From: Patescibacteria group bacterium
Lineage (GTDB): Bacteria > Patescibacteriota > Patescibacteriia > SG8-24 > DYFX01
Length of the DNA: 64,000 nucleotides
Assembly (NCBI GenBank): GCA_041659045.1
Contig: JBAZZB010000001.1
Coordinates: 198,111-262,110 of the forward strand
Direction of reading: 5' to 3'
The translations under genes were made by a program, and so were the position numbers. Each line of letters starts with the position of its first letter. The first letter of the stretch is position 1. Of the stretch, positions 51,120 through 60,022 are shown in pieces. The notes under the pieces are model-generated. The model saw only the letters and a program-made list of their open reading frames with translations. It was not told the DNA's origin and made no database searches.

Positions 51120-51833
51120 ATGGAGAAGTTTCATGAAATCGAATTGCGGATTTCGCGCTGCCTGACGCGCTTCCGCCGGCTCCGGCGGAACAACCCCAGA
51201 ATCCGTCCTTTCGTCGTCGAGCTGCTCGGTACGCCGAAGTCGGGCAAGACGACTATTGCGGAAGCGATCGAACACACGCTCAAGCGCAACGACGGCATCG
51301 TCACGGCGCGTCCCGAAGGCGCGACGGTTGTCGATCGCGTGAAGCGCGACACGCCGCACTACAACCTCGAGACCTGCCGCTACGCCCTTTCCGAGGTCAC
51401 GCAGCGATTGGAAAGCGATCTCGATCTCATCATCCTCGATCGCGGCCTCATGGACGGCATGATCTGGATGGAGTACTGGCAGAAGAGAGGAGATCTTTCT
51501 GAAGATGACTATGCCAAGGCGATCGCCTTCTACGGCATGGAAATCTTTCGTGATCTTTTCGACCTGCACGTCCTCCTGGTCTGCGAGCCCGAAGTCGCCA
51601 TGCAGCGCGAGCTCGCCAAGCGCCGCTCCAAGAAGGATGGCGACACGATGAATCTCGGCACCATTCAGAAGCTGCGCGGCTATCACGACAATCTCTGGAC
51701 TCGTCTGGACGGCAACAGCGACCATCGCATGTCGATGCACGATTCTTCCAGGGAAACTTCCGAGGAGACCCTCGACGTCGTTCTCGCACACATGGCTGAC
51801 GTCTTCGAACGTCGTCTCGTCGGTCTCAAATAA
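51120..51833 (+). CDS. P-loop NTPase, putative nucleoside/nucleotide kinase (dNK/TMPK-like)
   Basis: 237 aa; Walker A LLGTPKSGKTT; DRG(L) motif IILDRGLMDG resembling the DRY/ERS motif of dNK/TMPK kinases; tentative. Confidence 0.4.
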   Translation: MEKFHEIELRISRCLTRFRRLRRNNPRIRPFVVELLGTPKSGKTTIAEAIEHTLKRNDGIVTARPEGATVVDRVKRDTPHYNLETCRYALSEVTQRLESDLDLIILDRGLMDGMIWMEYWQKRGDLSEDDYAKAIAFYGMEIFRDLFDLHVLLVCEPEVAMQRELAKRRSKKDGDTMNLGTIQKLRGYHDNLWTRLDGNSDHRMSMHDSSRETSEETLDVVLAHMADVFERRLVGLK

Positions 51834-51858
51834 CCCACGATGTCGTGGGCTTTTATTT
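51834..51858 (+). terminator. rho-independent terminator
   Basis: Stem cccacga, loop tg, stem tcgtggg, followed by cTTTTATTTTA, right after the stop at 51833. Confidence 0.5.
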
Positions 51859-51878
51859 TATGTTAGGGTGGAAGCGCT

Positions 51879-52454
51879 ATGAATCCTTTGCGTATCGGCA
51901 TCGATTTCGACGGCGTTTTAGCAGATCATCGCTTGCACAAGCTTCGACTCGCGAAGGAGCACGGTTTCGCGCTCGACGCTTGGCAGACGAATTCAAACGT
52001 CATGCGCAACTTTCTTCCTCTCGAAGCGTATGAGAGTGTACGCACTATTTTGTACGGGGATATGACACACGAAGCTCCACCGGTCGCGGGCGCTCTCGAA
52101 GCAGTTGCACGATTGCCCGGCGAGCTTTACGTCATCACGGCGCGTCGGAGACCGAGCGTGCCAGCTTTAGAGTGGATGAAAAAACATGGAGTTGCAGAGC
52201 GTATTCCGCCCGAGCGCGTGCGCTTTTGCGGAAATAAGGAATCCAAAAACACGACCTGCCTCGAACTTGGTATTGATCTTTTCATCGATGATCAGCTTTC
52301 TTTGTTGGAGATCTTGCCGCAGAGCGTCACGAAGGTTCTGTTTGACAATGACGGCATTGCGGCGAAGCTGTCCGTTCCCGGAGATATTCGTGTGGTAGGT
52401 ACATGGGAGGAATTTTCTTTGCTTGCCACCAAGCTCGCGAATGAGAAGGTGTAA
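51879..52454 (+). CDS. HAD-superfamily 5'(3')-deoxyribonucleotidase-like (NT5C family) hydrolase
   Basis: 191 aa; N-terminal IGIDFDGVLADH matches the NT5C/HAD motif I D-x-D-G-V-L-A-D. Confidence 0.55.
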   Translation: MNPLRIGIDFDGVLADHRLHKLRLAKEHGFALDAWQTNSNVMRNFLPLEAYESVRTILYGDMTHEAPPVAGALEAVARLPGELYVITARRRPSVPALEWMKKHGVAERIPPERVRFCGNKESKNTTCLELGIDLFIDDQLSLLEILPQSVTKVLFDNDGIAAKLSVPGDIRVVGTWEEFSLLATKLANEKV

Positions 52455-52489
52455 AAAAAGACTCCAATGCATGGCATCGGAGCCGAGGA

Positions 52490-52945
52490 TCACTTCTTGC
52501 TTTTCGCGCTCGCTGCGACGCGCTTCTGGTCGCGTCGATCAACGATCTTGAGCGTGATCGCGCCGAGTAAGGTCGCTCCTCCACCGAAGGCGAAGGGAAC
52601 CCAGTGCGGCGCATAGAGAAGGGCCGGAAAGCTTCCGGCGACGGCGAGACAGGGGAGGAGAAGCAGCCACTGACGCTTCACGAAGGCGGCGAGCAGACCG
52701 TAGAGGCTGAGGATGCCGGCTGCTCCGAATGCGGAGCCGAGCGCCACCCAACCGCCAATCGCTTGCGTCTCCGTCGACACTGCGGATGTGAAGACGAGCC
52801 AGTCGTTGCGCGAGAGTCCCAGGCCAACCGCCACGGCTGTACCGAGCAGCGCCGCGAGTATCCAGAACGTGATGAAGAGCTTCTTGAACCCCCTTCCGTA
52901 GTTCTTTCCGACATCCGGAATGACGTATGAATTCGGATCCCTCAT
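52490..52945 (-). CDS. hypothetical small membrane protein (about 4 TM)
   Basis: 151 aa; AAGGAGG SD 6 nt upstream of the ATG; four hydrophobic helices. Confidence 0.5.
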   Translation of the reverse strand: MRDPNSYVIPDVGKNYGRGFKKLFITFWILAALLGTAVAVGLGLSRNDWLVFTSAVSTETQAIGGWVALGSAFGAAGILSLYGLLAAFVKRQWLLLLPCLAVAGSFPALLYAPHWVPFAFGGGATLLGAITLKIVDRRDQKRVAASAKSKK

Positions 52946-53028
52946 CGCGGCCTCCTTGTTGTTGCGCGTTGTGTTAGTCTAGGCCTCGTAAAGCTCAGTG
53001 TCAATATTCAAGGGTGTTTTGCCCCACG

Positions 53029-53057
53029 TTGCCTTTTTCCGCGCGCTTCTTTATACT
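53029..53057 (+). promoter_or_regulatory. candidate sigma70-type promoter for secDF
   Basis: -35 TTGCCT (53029-53034), 17-nt spacer, -10 TATACT (53052-53057); about 50-nt leader to the ATG at 53116. Confidence 0.4.
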
Positions 53058-53115
53058 GCCTCCGTATTGTGGATTGTTCGGACGTTCTGATCTGATTTGA
53101 CCCAGATTTTCCCGT

Positions 53116-55185
53116 ATGACTACTCGCAGCGGCCGGTCGTTTTTTTACTACGTGTCTGTTCCGTTCATCTGGCTCGGCAAAGCGCTCAGCCGGCTCGTTA
53201 AACCCTCGCCTCGCGGCAAAGTCCGCTGGGCGGTGTTGACTGTGCTCGTCCTCGCTGGATTGGCCGGGTTCTTGTCGTATCCGAACGTGTGGGACCGCGG
53301 TGCCAATGTTTGGAACGCTAAGGTTGTCGAGGCGTACAAGCTTCCTGGTGCGCTTAAGATTCCTCACTTCAAGAACGTTCCGTTCCGCCTTGGTCTCGAT
53401 CTTCAGGGTGGCACGCACCTCGTCTATGAAGCGGACACGAATGATATCGTTCCGAACGAGCGCGATGCTGCCATGGAGGGTGTGCGCGACGTCATCGAAC
53501 GCCGCGTCAACGCTTTTGGCGTCGCCGAACCGATCGTGCAAACCAACAAGTCGAACGACCGTTGGCGCATTATCGTCGAGTTGGCTGGCGTGAGTGATGT
53601 GAGCCAGGCGATCCGCATGATCGGCGAAACGCCCATCCTTGAGTTCAAGGAAGAAAACCCGGTGGAGAATATTCCTCTTACTCCGGAACAGCAGAAAGAA
53701 CTCGAGAAGAAGAATGTCGATCTCAAAAAACAGGCGAATGACACGTTGCGCAAGGCGCTCTTGAACCCGAACGACGCTTCGCTTACGTGGACGAAACTCG
53801 GGCTCGTGGGCGAATCGCAACAGCCAGAACTTTGGAAGTGGGCCGACACACATCGTGGCGCCAAAATTTCCGGCACGTTGGTTGAAGATCCGCTCGGTTG
53901 GAACGTGCTGCGCGTGAACGCACGCGATGCCGCCGCCAAAGAAGTGCGCGCAAGCCACATCTTGATCTGCTGGGAAGGCGCGCAAGGTTGTGGAGAGCCG
54001 CTCACAAAAGAGCAGGCTTTGGCGCAAGCGACCGCCCTGCGCGGTGAGTTGACGGTCCAAAACTTCGGCGAAAAAGCCAAAGCAAATTCAACCGACGGTT
54101 CGGCGCAAACGAACGCGGGTGATCTTGGTTGGTTCAGCGAAGGAGCGATGGTGAAAGAGTTCCAAGATGCCGCCTTCGCTCTCAAAACGGGAGAAATTTC
54201 CCAGCCGGTCGAATCTCCCTTTGGCTATCACCTGATCTACAAGTCCGGAGAACGTCCGCTCATCCGTTACGACGTGGACCGCATCTTCGTCGAGAAGGCG
54301 ACGGCGGCTGATGTTGCGCCGGAAGCGGATCCATGGAAGAACACCGGTTTGTCCGGCAAGCACGTGCAGCGCGCCCAGGTTGAGTTCGACCAGACCGTCA
54401 ATCGTCCGCAAGTGCTCCTGACCTTCAACGAAGAAGGGAAGGAACTCTTCGCCGAACTGACGAAGCGCAGCGTCGGAAAGCTGATCGCGATCTATCTCGA
54501 TGGCGAACCGATCTCCATTCCGCGTGTCCAGCAAGAAATCTCGGACGGCAACGCTGTGATCTCCGGAGACTTCGACGTCAAAGAAGCAAAACTTTTGTCG
54601 CAGCGCCTGAACGCCGGAGCGCTCCCGGTTCCGATCAAGCTGCTCTCGCAGCAGACGATCGGTGCTTCGCTCGGTCAGGATTCTCTCGCGAAGAGCTTGC
54701 ACGCCGGTATGATCGGTTTCCTGATCGTCGTGATCTTCATGACGCTCTACTACCGTCTGCCCGGCTTGATCGCCTCGCTTGCGTTGCTCATGTATACCGG
54801 CTTCAGCTTGGCAGTCTTCAAGATGCTCGGTGTCACCCTGACCTTGTCGGGCATCGCCGGCGTTATTCTGTCGATCGGTATGGCTGTCGACGCCAACATC
54901 CTGATCTTCGAGCGCATGAAAGAAGAATTGAAGAATGGACGACCGCTTGATTCGGCTATCGGTGAAGGTTTCAAGCGCGCCTGGACGTCCATCTACGACT
55001 CGAACATCTCGTCGCTCATCACCTGCGCGATCCTCTACACGTTCACATCGAGCTCCGTGCGCGGCTTTGCCGTCACGCTGGCGCTCGGCATCCTGATCTC
55101 CATGTTCTCCGCAATCACCGTGACGCGTACGTTGCTTCGCTTGGTCGCGCCGTGGACTACCAAATATCACTGGCTGTTCAAGTAA
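53116..55185 (+). CDS. secD: protein translocase subunit SecD with an inserted parvulin-type (PpiC) PPIase domain
   Basis: 689 aa; SecD TM1 and periplasmic head; an internal approx. 100-aa segment ASHILICW...AGDLGWFSEGAMVKEFQDAAFALKTGEISQPVESPFGYHLIYK matches the parvulin rotamase signature; C-terminal 6-TM SecD core. Confidence 0.85.
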   Translation: MTTRSGRSFFYYVSVPFIWLGKALSRLVKPSPRGKVRWAVLTVLVLAGLAGFLSYPNVWDRGANVWNAKVVEAYKLPGALKIPHFKNVPFRLGLDLQGGTHLVYEADTNDIVPNERDAAMEGVRDVIERRVNAFGVAEPIVQTNKSNDRWRIIVELAGVSDVSQAIRMIGETPILEFKEENPVENIPLTPEQQKELEKKNVDLKKQANDTLRKALLNPNDASLTWTKLGLVGESQQPELWKWADTHRGAKISGTLVEDPLGWNVLRVNARDAAAKEVRASHILICWEGAQGCGEPLTKEQALAQATALRGELTVQNFGEKAKANSTDGSAQTNAGDLGWFSEGAMVKEFQDAAFALKTGEISQPVESPFGYHLIYKSGERPLIRYDVDRIFVEKATAADVAPEADPWKNTGLSGKHVQRAQVEFDQTVNRPQVLLTFNEEGKELFAELTKRSVGKLIAIYLDGEPISIPRVQQEISDGNAVISGDFDVKEAKLLSQRLNAGALPVPIKLLSQQTIGASLGQDSLAKSLHAGMIGFLIVVIFMTLYYRLPGLIASLALLMYTGFSLAVFKMLGVTLTLSGIAGVILSIGMAVDANILIFERMKEELKNGRPLDSAIGEGFKRAWTSIYDSNISSLITCAILYTFTSSSVRGFAVTLALGILISMFSAITVTRTLLRLVAPWTTKYHWLFK

Positions 55186-55186
55186 T

Positions 55187-56098
55187 ATGTTGCGCATCAC
55201 GCATCACCGCAGAATCTACTACACGCTCTCCGGACTCCTGACCGGCCTCTCTTTGGCCGCTTGGCTCGTCTGGGGTCTCAAACCCGGTATCGACTTCACC
55301 GGGGGATCCTTGTTGGAGGTTGAGTTCTCCCAGAACCGCCCAAGCGTCGAGCAGATTGTTGAGATCGCAAAGGCAAACGTCGAAAGCGAAGAACTGACCG
55401 CGCAGCCCTTGGGGGAGAGCGGCATGGTTCTCAGAATGCCTCCGATCGAGGAAGCTGCACATCAGAAACTTTTCGCGGGGCTCAAGAGCAGCTACGAAAA
55501 GGACGGCACCGTTCTGGTTGAGAAGCGCTTTGAGTCGATCGGTCCCCTGATCGGCGAAGAGCTTCGGAAAAAGACGATCTACGCTGTCGTCGGCGCCATC
55601 TTGGCGATCATGCTCTACATCACCTACGCGTTCCGTAAGGTTTCCCACCCGGTCGCTTCCTGGAAGTACGGCGCCTGTACGGTCGTTGCCTTGGCTCACG
55701 ACGTCGTGATCCCGGTCGGCGTCTTCTCGGTGCTCGGTCACTTCTACGGTGTCGAAGTGGGCGCTTGGGTCGTGACGGCGCTTCTGACGGTTCTTGGTTT
55801 CTCGGTCCACGACACGATCGTCGTGTTCGACCGCGTTCGCGAAAATCTTTCGCATGGACGCCGCGAAAGCTTTGAGGATGTCGTCAATGTGAGCTTGAAT
55901 GAAACGCTAGGTCGCTCGATCAATACGTCGCTTACGGTGCTGTTCGTGCTTTTCTCCGCCTATTTCCTTGGCGGCGAATCCATTCGTAACTTCATCTTGA
56001 CGATGATTATCGGTATCTCGGTCGGCGTCTACTCATCGATCTTCCTGGGCAGCCCGCTGCTCGTCAGCTGGCACCTCCGCGATTCCAAGAAGGGCTAA
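55187..56098 (+). CDS. secF: protein translocase subunit SecF
   Basis: 303 aa; SecF-type N-terminal TM, periplasmic domain and C-terminal TM core (RSINTSLTVLFVLFSAYFLGG). Confidence 0.85.
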   Translation: MLRITHHRRIYYTLSGLLTGLSLAAWLVWGLKPGIDFTGGSLLEVEFSQNRPSVEQIVEIAKANVESEELTAQPLGESGMVLRMPPIEEAAHQKLFAGLKSSYEKDGTVLVEKRFESIGPLIGEELRKKTIYAVVGAILAIMLYITYAFRKVSHPVASWKYGACTVVALAHDVVIPVGVFSVLGHFYGVEVGAWVVTALLTVLGFSVHDTIVVFDRVRENLSHGRRESFEDVVNVSLNETLGRSINTSLTVLFVLFSAYFLGGESIRNFILTMIIGISVGVYSSIFLGSPLLVSWHLRDSKKG

Positions 56099-56142
56099 GA
56101 AAAGGGAAAAAAACACCCTTCCAAGAAGCCGAAAAATATGCT

Positions 56143-56180
56143 ACGCTTCCGTTGATTACGGAAGCGTCGCTTTTTTCTTT
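56143..56180 (+). terminator. strong rho-independent terminator after secF
   Basis: 9-bp stem acgcttccg (56143-56151), loop ttgatta, stem cggaagcgt (56159-56167), then cgcTTTTTTcTTT. Confidence 0.7.
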
Positions 56181-56184
56181 GTAC

Positions 56185-57504
56185 ATGCCTCAGATCGTCT
56201 TGGACTTGTCGCCGCTCTACGCGCTCTTGGACCAGTCGCCACTCCAGATCGCCTGGACGTTTTTCATGTACGGCGGTTGGATCCCGTTTGCTTGGATCCT
56301 CTGGATGGGTTTTTCGGAAATCTGGATCGGTTCGCGGCAGGACAAATACGCCGGCACGATCAACTACGTCCTCTTGAGCGTCAACATTCCGAGAATGAAC
56401 GAGCAGACGCCGAAGGCTGCCGAGCATATTTTTTCGCATCTTGCCGGCACGTTCTCCTCGCCGAACTTTAAGGAAAAGTGGCTCATCGGAAAATTTACGC
56501 CGGGTTTTTCTTTCGAGTACGCCTCGATCGATGGCTATACCCAATTCATCGTCCGTTCTCCGATTCAGTTTCGCGACCTGATCGAAGCCTCGGTTTTTTC
56601 CCAGTATCCGGACGCAGAAATCAGCGAAATCGCCGACTACACAAAAAACGTGCCGCTCAAGCATCCCGATCCGGAGTGGGATTGCTGGGGCACGGAGTTT
56701 ACGCTCGCGAAACCGTCGGCGATTCCGCTGCGCACCTACACGGAATTCGAACACACGCTCTCGCAAGAGCTGAAGGATCCGCTTTCGACGTTACTCGAAA
56801 CACTTTCGCGTCTCAAGAGAGGGGAGCAAGTCTGGATCCAGATTCTGGTCTATCCGCGCGATCAAACGTGGATCCAGGAATCAATCAAGGTTGCCAACAA
56901 AATGAAGGGCCGCGAGGTCAAGAAAAAACCTCCAGCGTGGCAAAACCTTGTCGAAGAAGGCTTCAGTCTTATGACGGTTGGTGTCAGCCAGATCGTCGGA
57001 GTCGGTGCTGAGGAAAAAGAAAAGAAAAAAGAGGAGAGTCGCGTGCCAAACCTTTCTCCAGGCGAGAAACGGTTGCTTGAAGGCGTCGAAAACAAGATGT
57101 CCAAGTTCGGCTTCGGTGTAAAAATTCGTTTTGTCTACGTTGGCAAGCGCCCCGTGTTCCGTAAAGGACCGATGATCTCGATGGTGCGCGGCGCCTTCGG
57201 CTTGTTCGGCTCACTCGACGGCAACAGTCTGAAGAACTATGGTAAAGCGGCTCCGAAGTCAGATTACTTCTGGCAGAGGTGGAGCACGGAAGAGAAGAAG
57301 ACGAAAATTATTTCACGGTTCTCAAGCCGTTCGGGCGAGGGTGCTGAGAAATTCATTTTGAACGTCGAAGAGCTGGCAAGCCTGTGGCACTTCCCGCAGA
57401 TCCTGATCAAAGCACCGCTTCTGAAAAAGGTTGATTCCCGCAAAGTCGAACCGCCGTTCGCGTTGCCCGAGGCGCCGGACGTCTTGTTGCCGACTGAAGA
57501 ATAG
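56185..57504 (+). CDS. hypothetical membrane-anchored protein (partner of the downstream ATPase)
   Basis: The track ORF begins with TTG at 56152 inside the terminator loop; the first ATG is 56185 (MPQIVLDL...); N-terminal TM segment(s) (IAWTFFMYGGWIPFAWILWMGF); the remaining approx. 380 aa are soluble with Lys-rich patches; no family recognised. Confidence 0.5.
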   Translation: MPQIVLDLSPLYALLDQSPLQIAWTFFMYGGWIPFAWILWMGFSEIWIGSRQDKYAGTINYVLLSVNIPRMNEQTPKAAEHIFSHLAGTFSSPNFKEKWLIGKFTPGFSFEYASIDGYTQFIVRSPIQFRDLIEASVFSQYPDAEISEIADYTKNVPLKHPDPEWDCWGTEFTLAKPSAIPLRTYTEFEHTLSQELKDPLSTLLETLSRLKRGEQVWIQILVYPRDQTWIQESIKVANKMKGREVKKKPPAWQNLVEEGFSLMTVGVSQIVGVGAEEKEKKKEESRVPNLSPGEKRLLEGVENKMSKFGFGVKIRFVYVGKRPVFRKGPMISMVRGAFGLFGSLDGNSLKNYGKAAPKSDYFWQRWSTEEKKTKIISRFSSRSGEGAEKFILNVEELASLWHFPQILIKAPLLKKVDSRKVEPPFALPEAPDVLLPTEE

Positions 57505-57510
57505 AGCCCT

Positions 57511-59397
57511 ATGCCGTTTACCGCGCCGCCCTACAATCACGATCACGAAAACGAAGTCATCCCGTTCGCGGAAACGAATTTTCGCGGAGAGAATCGCAAG
57601 TTCGGCATCAAAACCGACGACCGGCGCCGCCACGTCTACGTCATCGGTAAGACGGGTATGGGTAAGACGACCCTGCTCGAAAACTTCGTCATGTCCGACA
57701 TCTACGCCGGTCACGGTTTGGCGTACGTTGATCCGCACGGTGACACGGCTGACAAAATTCTCGATTTCATTCCGCCGTGGCGCATCAACGATGTTGTCTA
57801 TTTCAACCCGGCCGACATGGAGTTTCCGGTCGGTTTCAATATTCTTGAAATTGCCAACGAAAACCAAAAGCACCTCGTCGCATCCGGACTCATGGGTGTT
57901 TTCAAGAAGATTTGGCCGGATGTTTGGTCGGCGCGCATGGAGTACATCTTGCTCAACTGCGTCTTGGCGTTGCTTGATACGCCCGGCTCGACGCTCTTGG
58001 GTATCAGCCGTATTTTGGCAGACAAGGATTTTAGAAAAAAGATCGTTGAGAACGTCAAAGATCCAGTGGTGAAGGGTTTCTGGGTCAATGAATTCGCCAA
58101 GTACACCGACAAGTTCGCCTCGGAAGCAATCGCACCGGTTCAAAACAAAGTCGGTCAATTTTTGTCGAACACCGTCATCCGCAACATCGTCGCGCAGACG
58201 AAGTCCACGATCGACATTCGCAAGATCATGGATGAACGGAAAATCCTGATTGTGAACCTGTCGAAAGGCTTGGTCGGCGAAGACTCGAGCAAGCTTCTGG
58301 GCGGCATGCTGATTACGCGTCTGCAGCTCGCGGCCATGGAGCGCGTCGACATGCTCGAAAAAGACCGCCAGGACTTCTATCTCTACGTCGACGAGTTTCA
58401 AAACTTCGCGACGGAATCTTTTGCGAACATCTTGTCTGAAGCGCGTAAGTATCGCTTGGCGCTTATTACGGCTCACCAATACATCGAACAGCTCGAAGAG
58501 GAAGTCGCGGCCGCCGTCTTCGGTAACGTCGGCACAATCATCTCGTTTCGCGTCGGCGCCAATGATGCCGAGCATCTCGCGAAGGAGTTCGCGCCGGTCT
58601 TCGTCGAAGAAGATATCATCAACCTCGCGAAGTACGAGGTGTATCTCAAGCTCATGATCGACGGCGTGGCCTCTTCGCCGTTTTCAGCCAAGACGCTTTC
58701 ACCGATCGCGAAGCGAACGGATAGTCGCGAAAAGGTTGTGAAGGCATCGCGTGAGCGCTATGCGTTAACGCGCGTCGATATTGAAACGAAGGTGAATACC
58801 TGGGCGGGTTTCGATGAATCGACGGGTACGTTCACTGGCAAATCGGCTTCCGAAGGCGGTCCGAGCACCTCGGCAGGGGAGGCACCGCGAGAAAATTCAG
58901 ATCGTCAATACAAAGCGAATTGCTCGCGCTGCAACAAGGAGTTGCATTTGAAGTTCCCGCCCGATCCGAGTCGGCCATTTTACTGCAAAGAATGCTTGCC
59001 GTTTGCGCGCGCCGAAGCGTCCGCTGCTCCAAAGCCACCTATGCGAGCTGTGAGCGCGCCGTCTTCAGCGCCGCGACCTGTTCAGAAAACGACGGCGCCC
59101 GTTCCATCTCCAGCGCCGACGCCCGCGCCGGCATTGGCACCCACGCCCGCCGCGCCGCGACCCCCGAAGGTCGAAGCGCCGAAAGCGGCTCCGAAGCCGG
59201 CCGAACCAGCAAAAACAGACCGACCTCTTCCGCCTCCCCCGAAGCCTGGAATGTTTGCGGGGAAGATTCGTGTGGTGACCGGCGCACAGGAGCAAGAGAC
59301 GCTCACCCCTCCAAAACCACCAGAATCCGCGACAGCCCCTCTGCAAAAGCCAGCCCCGCCTCGTTTACCACCTTTGAGCTTAAAACCACGCGTTTGA
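57511..59397 (+). CDS. FtsK/HerA/TraD-superfamily P-loop ATPase (VirD4/TraG coupling-protein-like) with C-terminal zinc ribbon and Pro/Ala-rich tail
   Basis: 628 aa; Walker A VIGKTGMGKTT, Walker B YLYVDEFQNF, T4CP-like YVDPHGD and YFNPADMEFPVGFNIL segments, Q-rich LALITAHQYIEQL; C-terminal CSRC-x17-CKEC ribbon then PAPTPAPALAPTPAAPRPPK low complexity; 7 nt downstream of the preceding gene. Confidence 0.6.
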   Translation: MPFTAPPYNHDHENEVIPFAETNFRGENRKFGIKTDDRRRHVYVIGKTGMGKTTLLENFVMSDIYAGHGLAYVDPHGDTADKILDFIPPWRINDVVYFNPADMEFPVGFNILEIANENQKHLVASGLMGVFKKIWPDVWSARMEYILLNCVLALLDTPGSTLLGISRILADKDFRKKIVENVKDPVVKGFWVNEFAKYTDKFASEAIAPVQNKVGQFLSNTVIRNIVAQTKSTIDIRKIMDERKILIVNLSKGLVGEDSSKLLGGMLITRLQLAAMERVDMLEKDRQDFYLYVDEFQNFATESFANILSEARKYRLALITAHQYIEQLEEEVAAAVFGNVGTIISFRVGANDAEHLAKEFAPVFVEEDIINLAKYEVYLKLMIDGVASSPFSAKTLSPIAKRTDSREKVVKASRERYALTRVDIETKVNTWAGFDESTGTFTGKSASEGGPSTSAGEAPRENSDRQYKANCSRCNKELHLKFPPDPSRPFYCKECLPFARAEASAAPKPPMRAVSAPSSAPRPVQKTTAPVPSPAPTPAPALAPTPAAPRPPKVEAPKAAPKPAEPAKTDRPLPPPPKPGMFAGKIRVVTGAQEQETLTPPKPPESATAPLQKPAPPRLPPLSLKPRV

Positions 59398-59467
59398 ATA
59401 CCTGCAGGTTGCGAGTCTGTAAGTTTTTTGTTGTACTTCCGTCTTATCTAGTGAACTCGATCGCGTA

Positions 59468-60022
59468 ATGGAATGGCTGAAAGAGGCAACGCTTCTGCGC
59501 AGAATCCGGTCGGGAGACGAAACGGCGTTCGTTGAGACGTACGAGCTTTTCGGCCCGAAAATCTATCGACACGCCTTATTTCGCACCAGCTCGCCAGAAA
59601 CGGCTGACGACATCATGAGCGAAACCTTCGTGCGCGCTTGGGAAACCATTCGCGTGAAGGCGGCTGAAATTCAGCGTCTACGAGCCTTTCTCTATCGGGT
59701 CGCGGACAACCTCATCATCGATCATTACCGTCGCAACGCCCGCTCCGCCGTCTCGATGACTGACGAGATTGAGGAATCCCTGCAAGCCCCGGGGGACCCG
59801 CACGCTGAGATCGACCGCTTGCTGAGGAGTGAACGACTGGCACAGGAACTCGCGCAAATGAGACCCGAAGTCCGCGACCTCCTTGTGATGCGTTACGTCG
59901 ACGACCTCTCGATCGAAGAGATCGCAAGCGTGACCGGAAAGAAAAAAAACGCCGTCTACGTCGCGCTTCATCGCGCCGTCAAAGAATTGAAACTCGCATG
60001 TCCTGCAATCCCAGAGAATTAA
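59468..60022 (+). CDS. ECF-type RNA polymerase sigma-70 family factor
   Basis: 184 aa; sigma70 region 2 (YRHALFRTSS...ETFVRAWE) and region 4 HTH (LSIEEIASVTGKKKNAVYVALHRA). Confidence 0.8.
   Translation: MEWLKEATLLRRIRSGDETAFVETYELFGPKIYRHALFRTSSPETADDIMSETFVRAWETIRVKAAEIQRLRAFLYRVADNLIIDHYRRNARSAVSMTDEIEESLQAPGDPHAEIDRLLRSERLAQELAQMRPEVRDLLVMRYVDDLSIEEIASVTGKKKNAVYVALHRAVKELKLACPAIPEN

Noticed and set aside
56152-56184. TTG start at 56152 for the gene downstream of secF, as implied by the ORF track
   Set aside because: The TTG lies in the loop of the secF terminator hairpin. The first ATG at 56185 is more plausible, although it lacks an SD.
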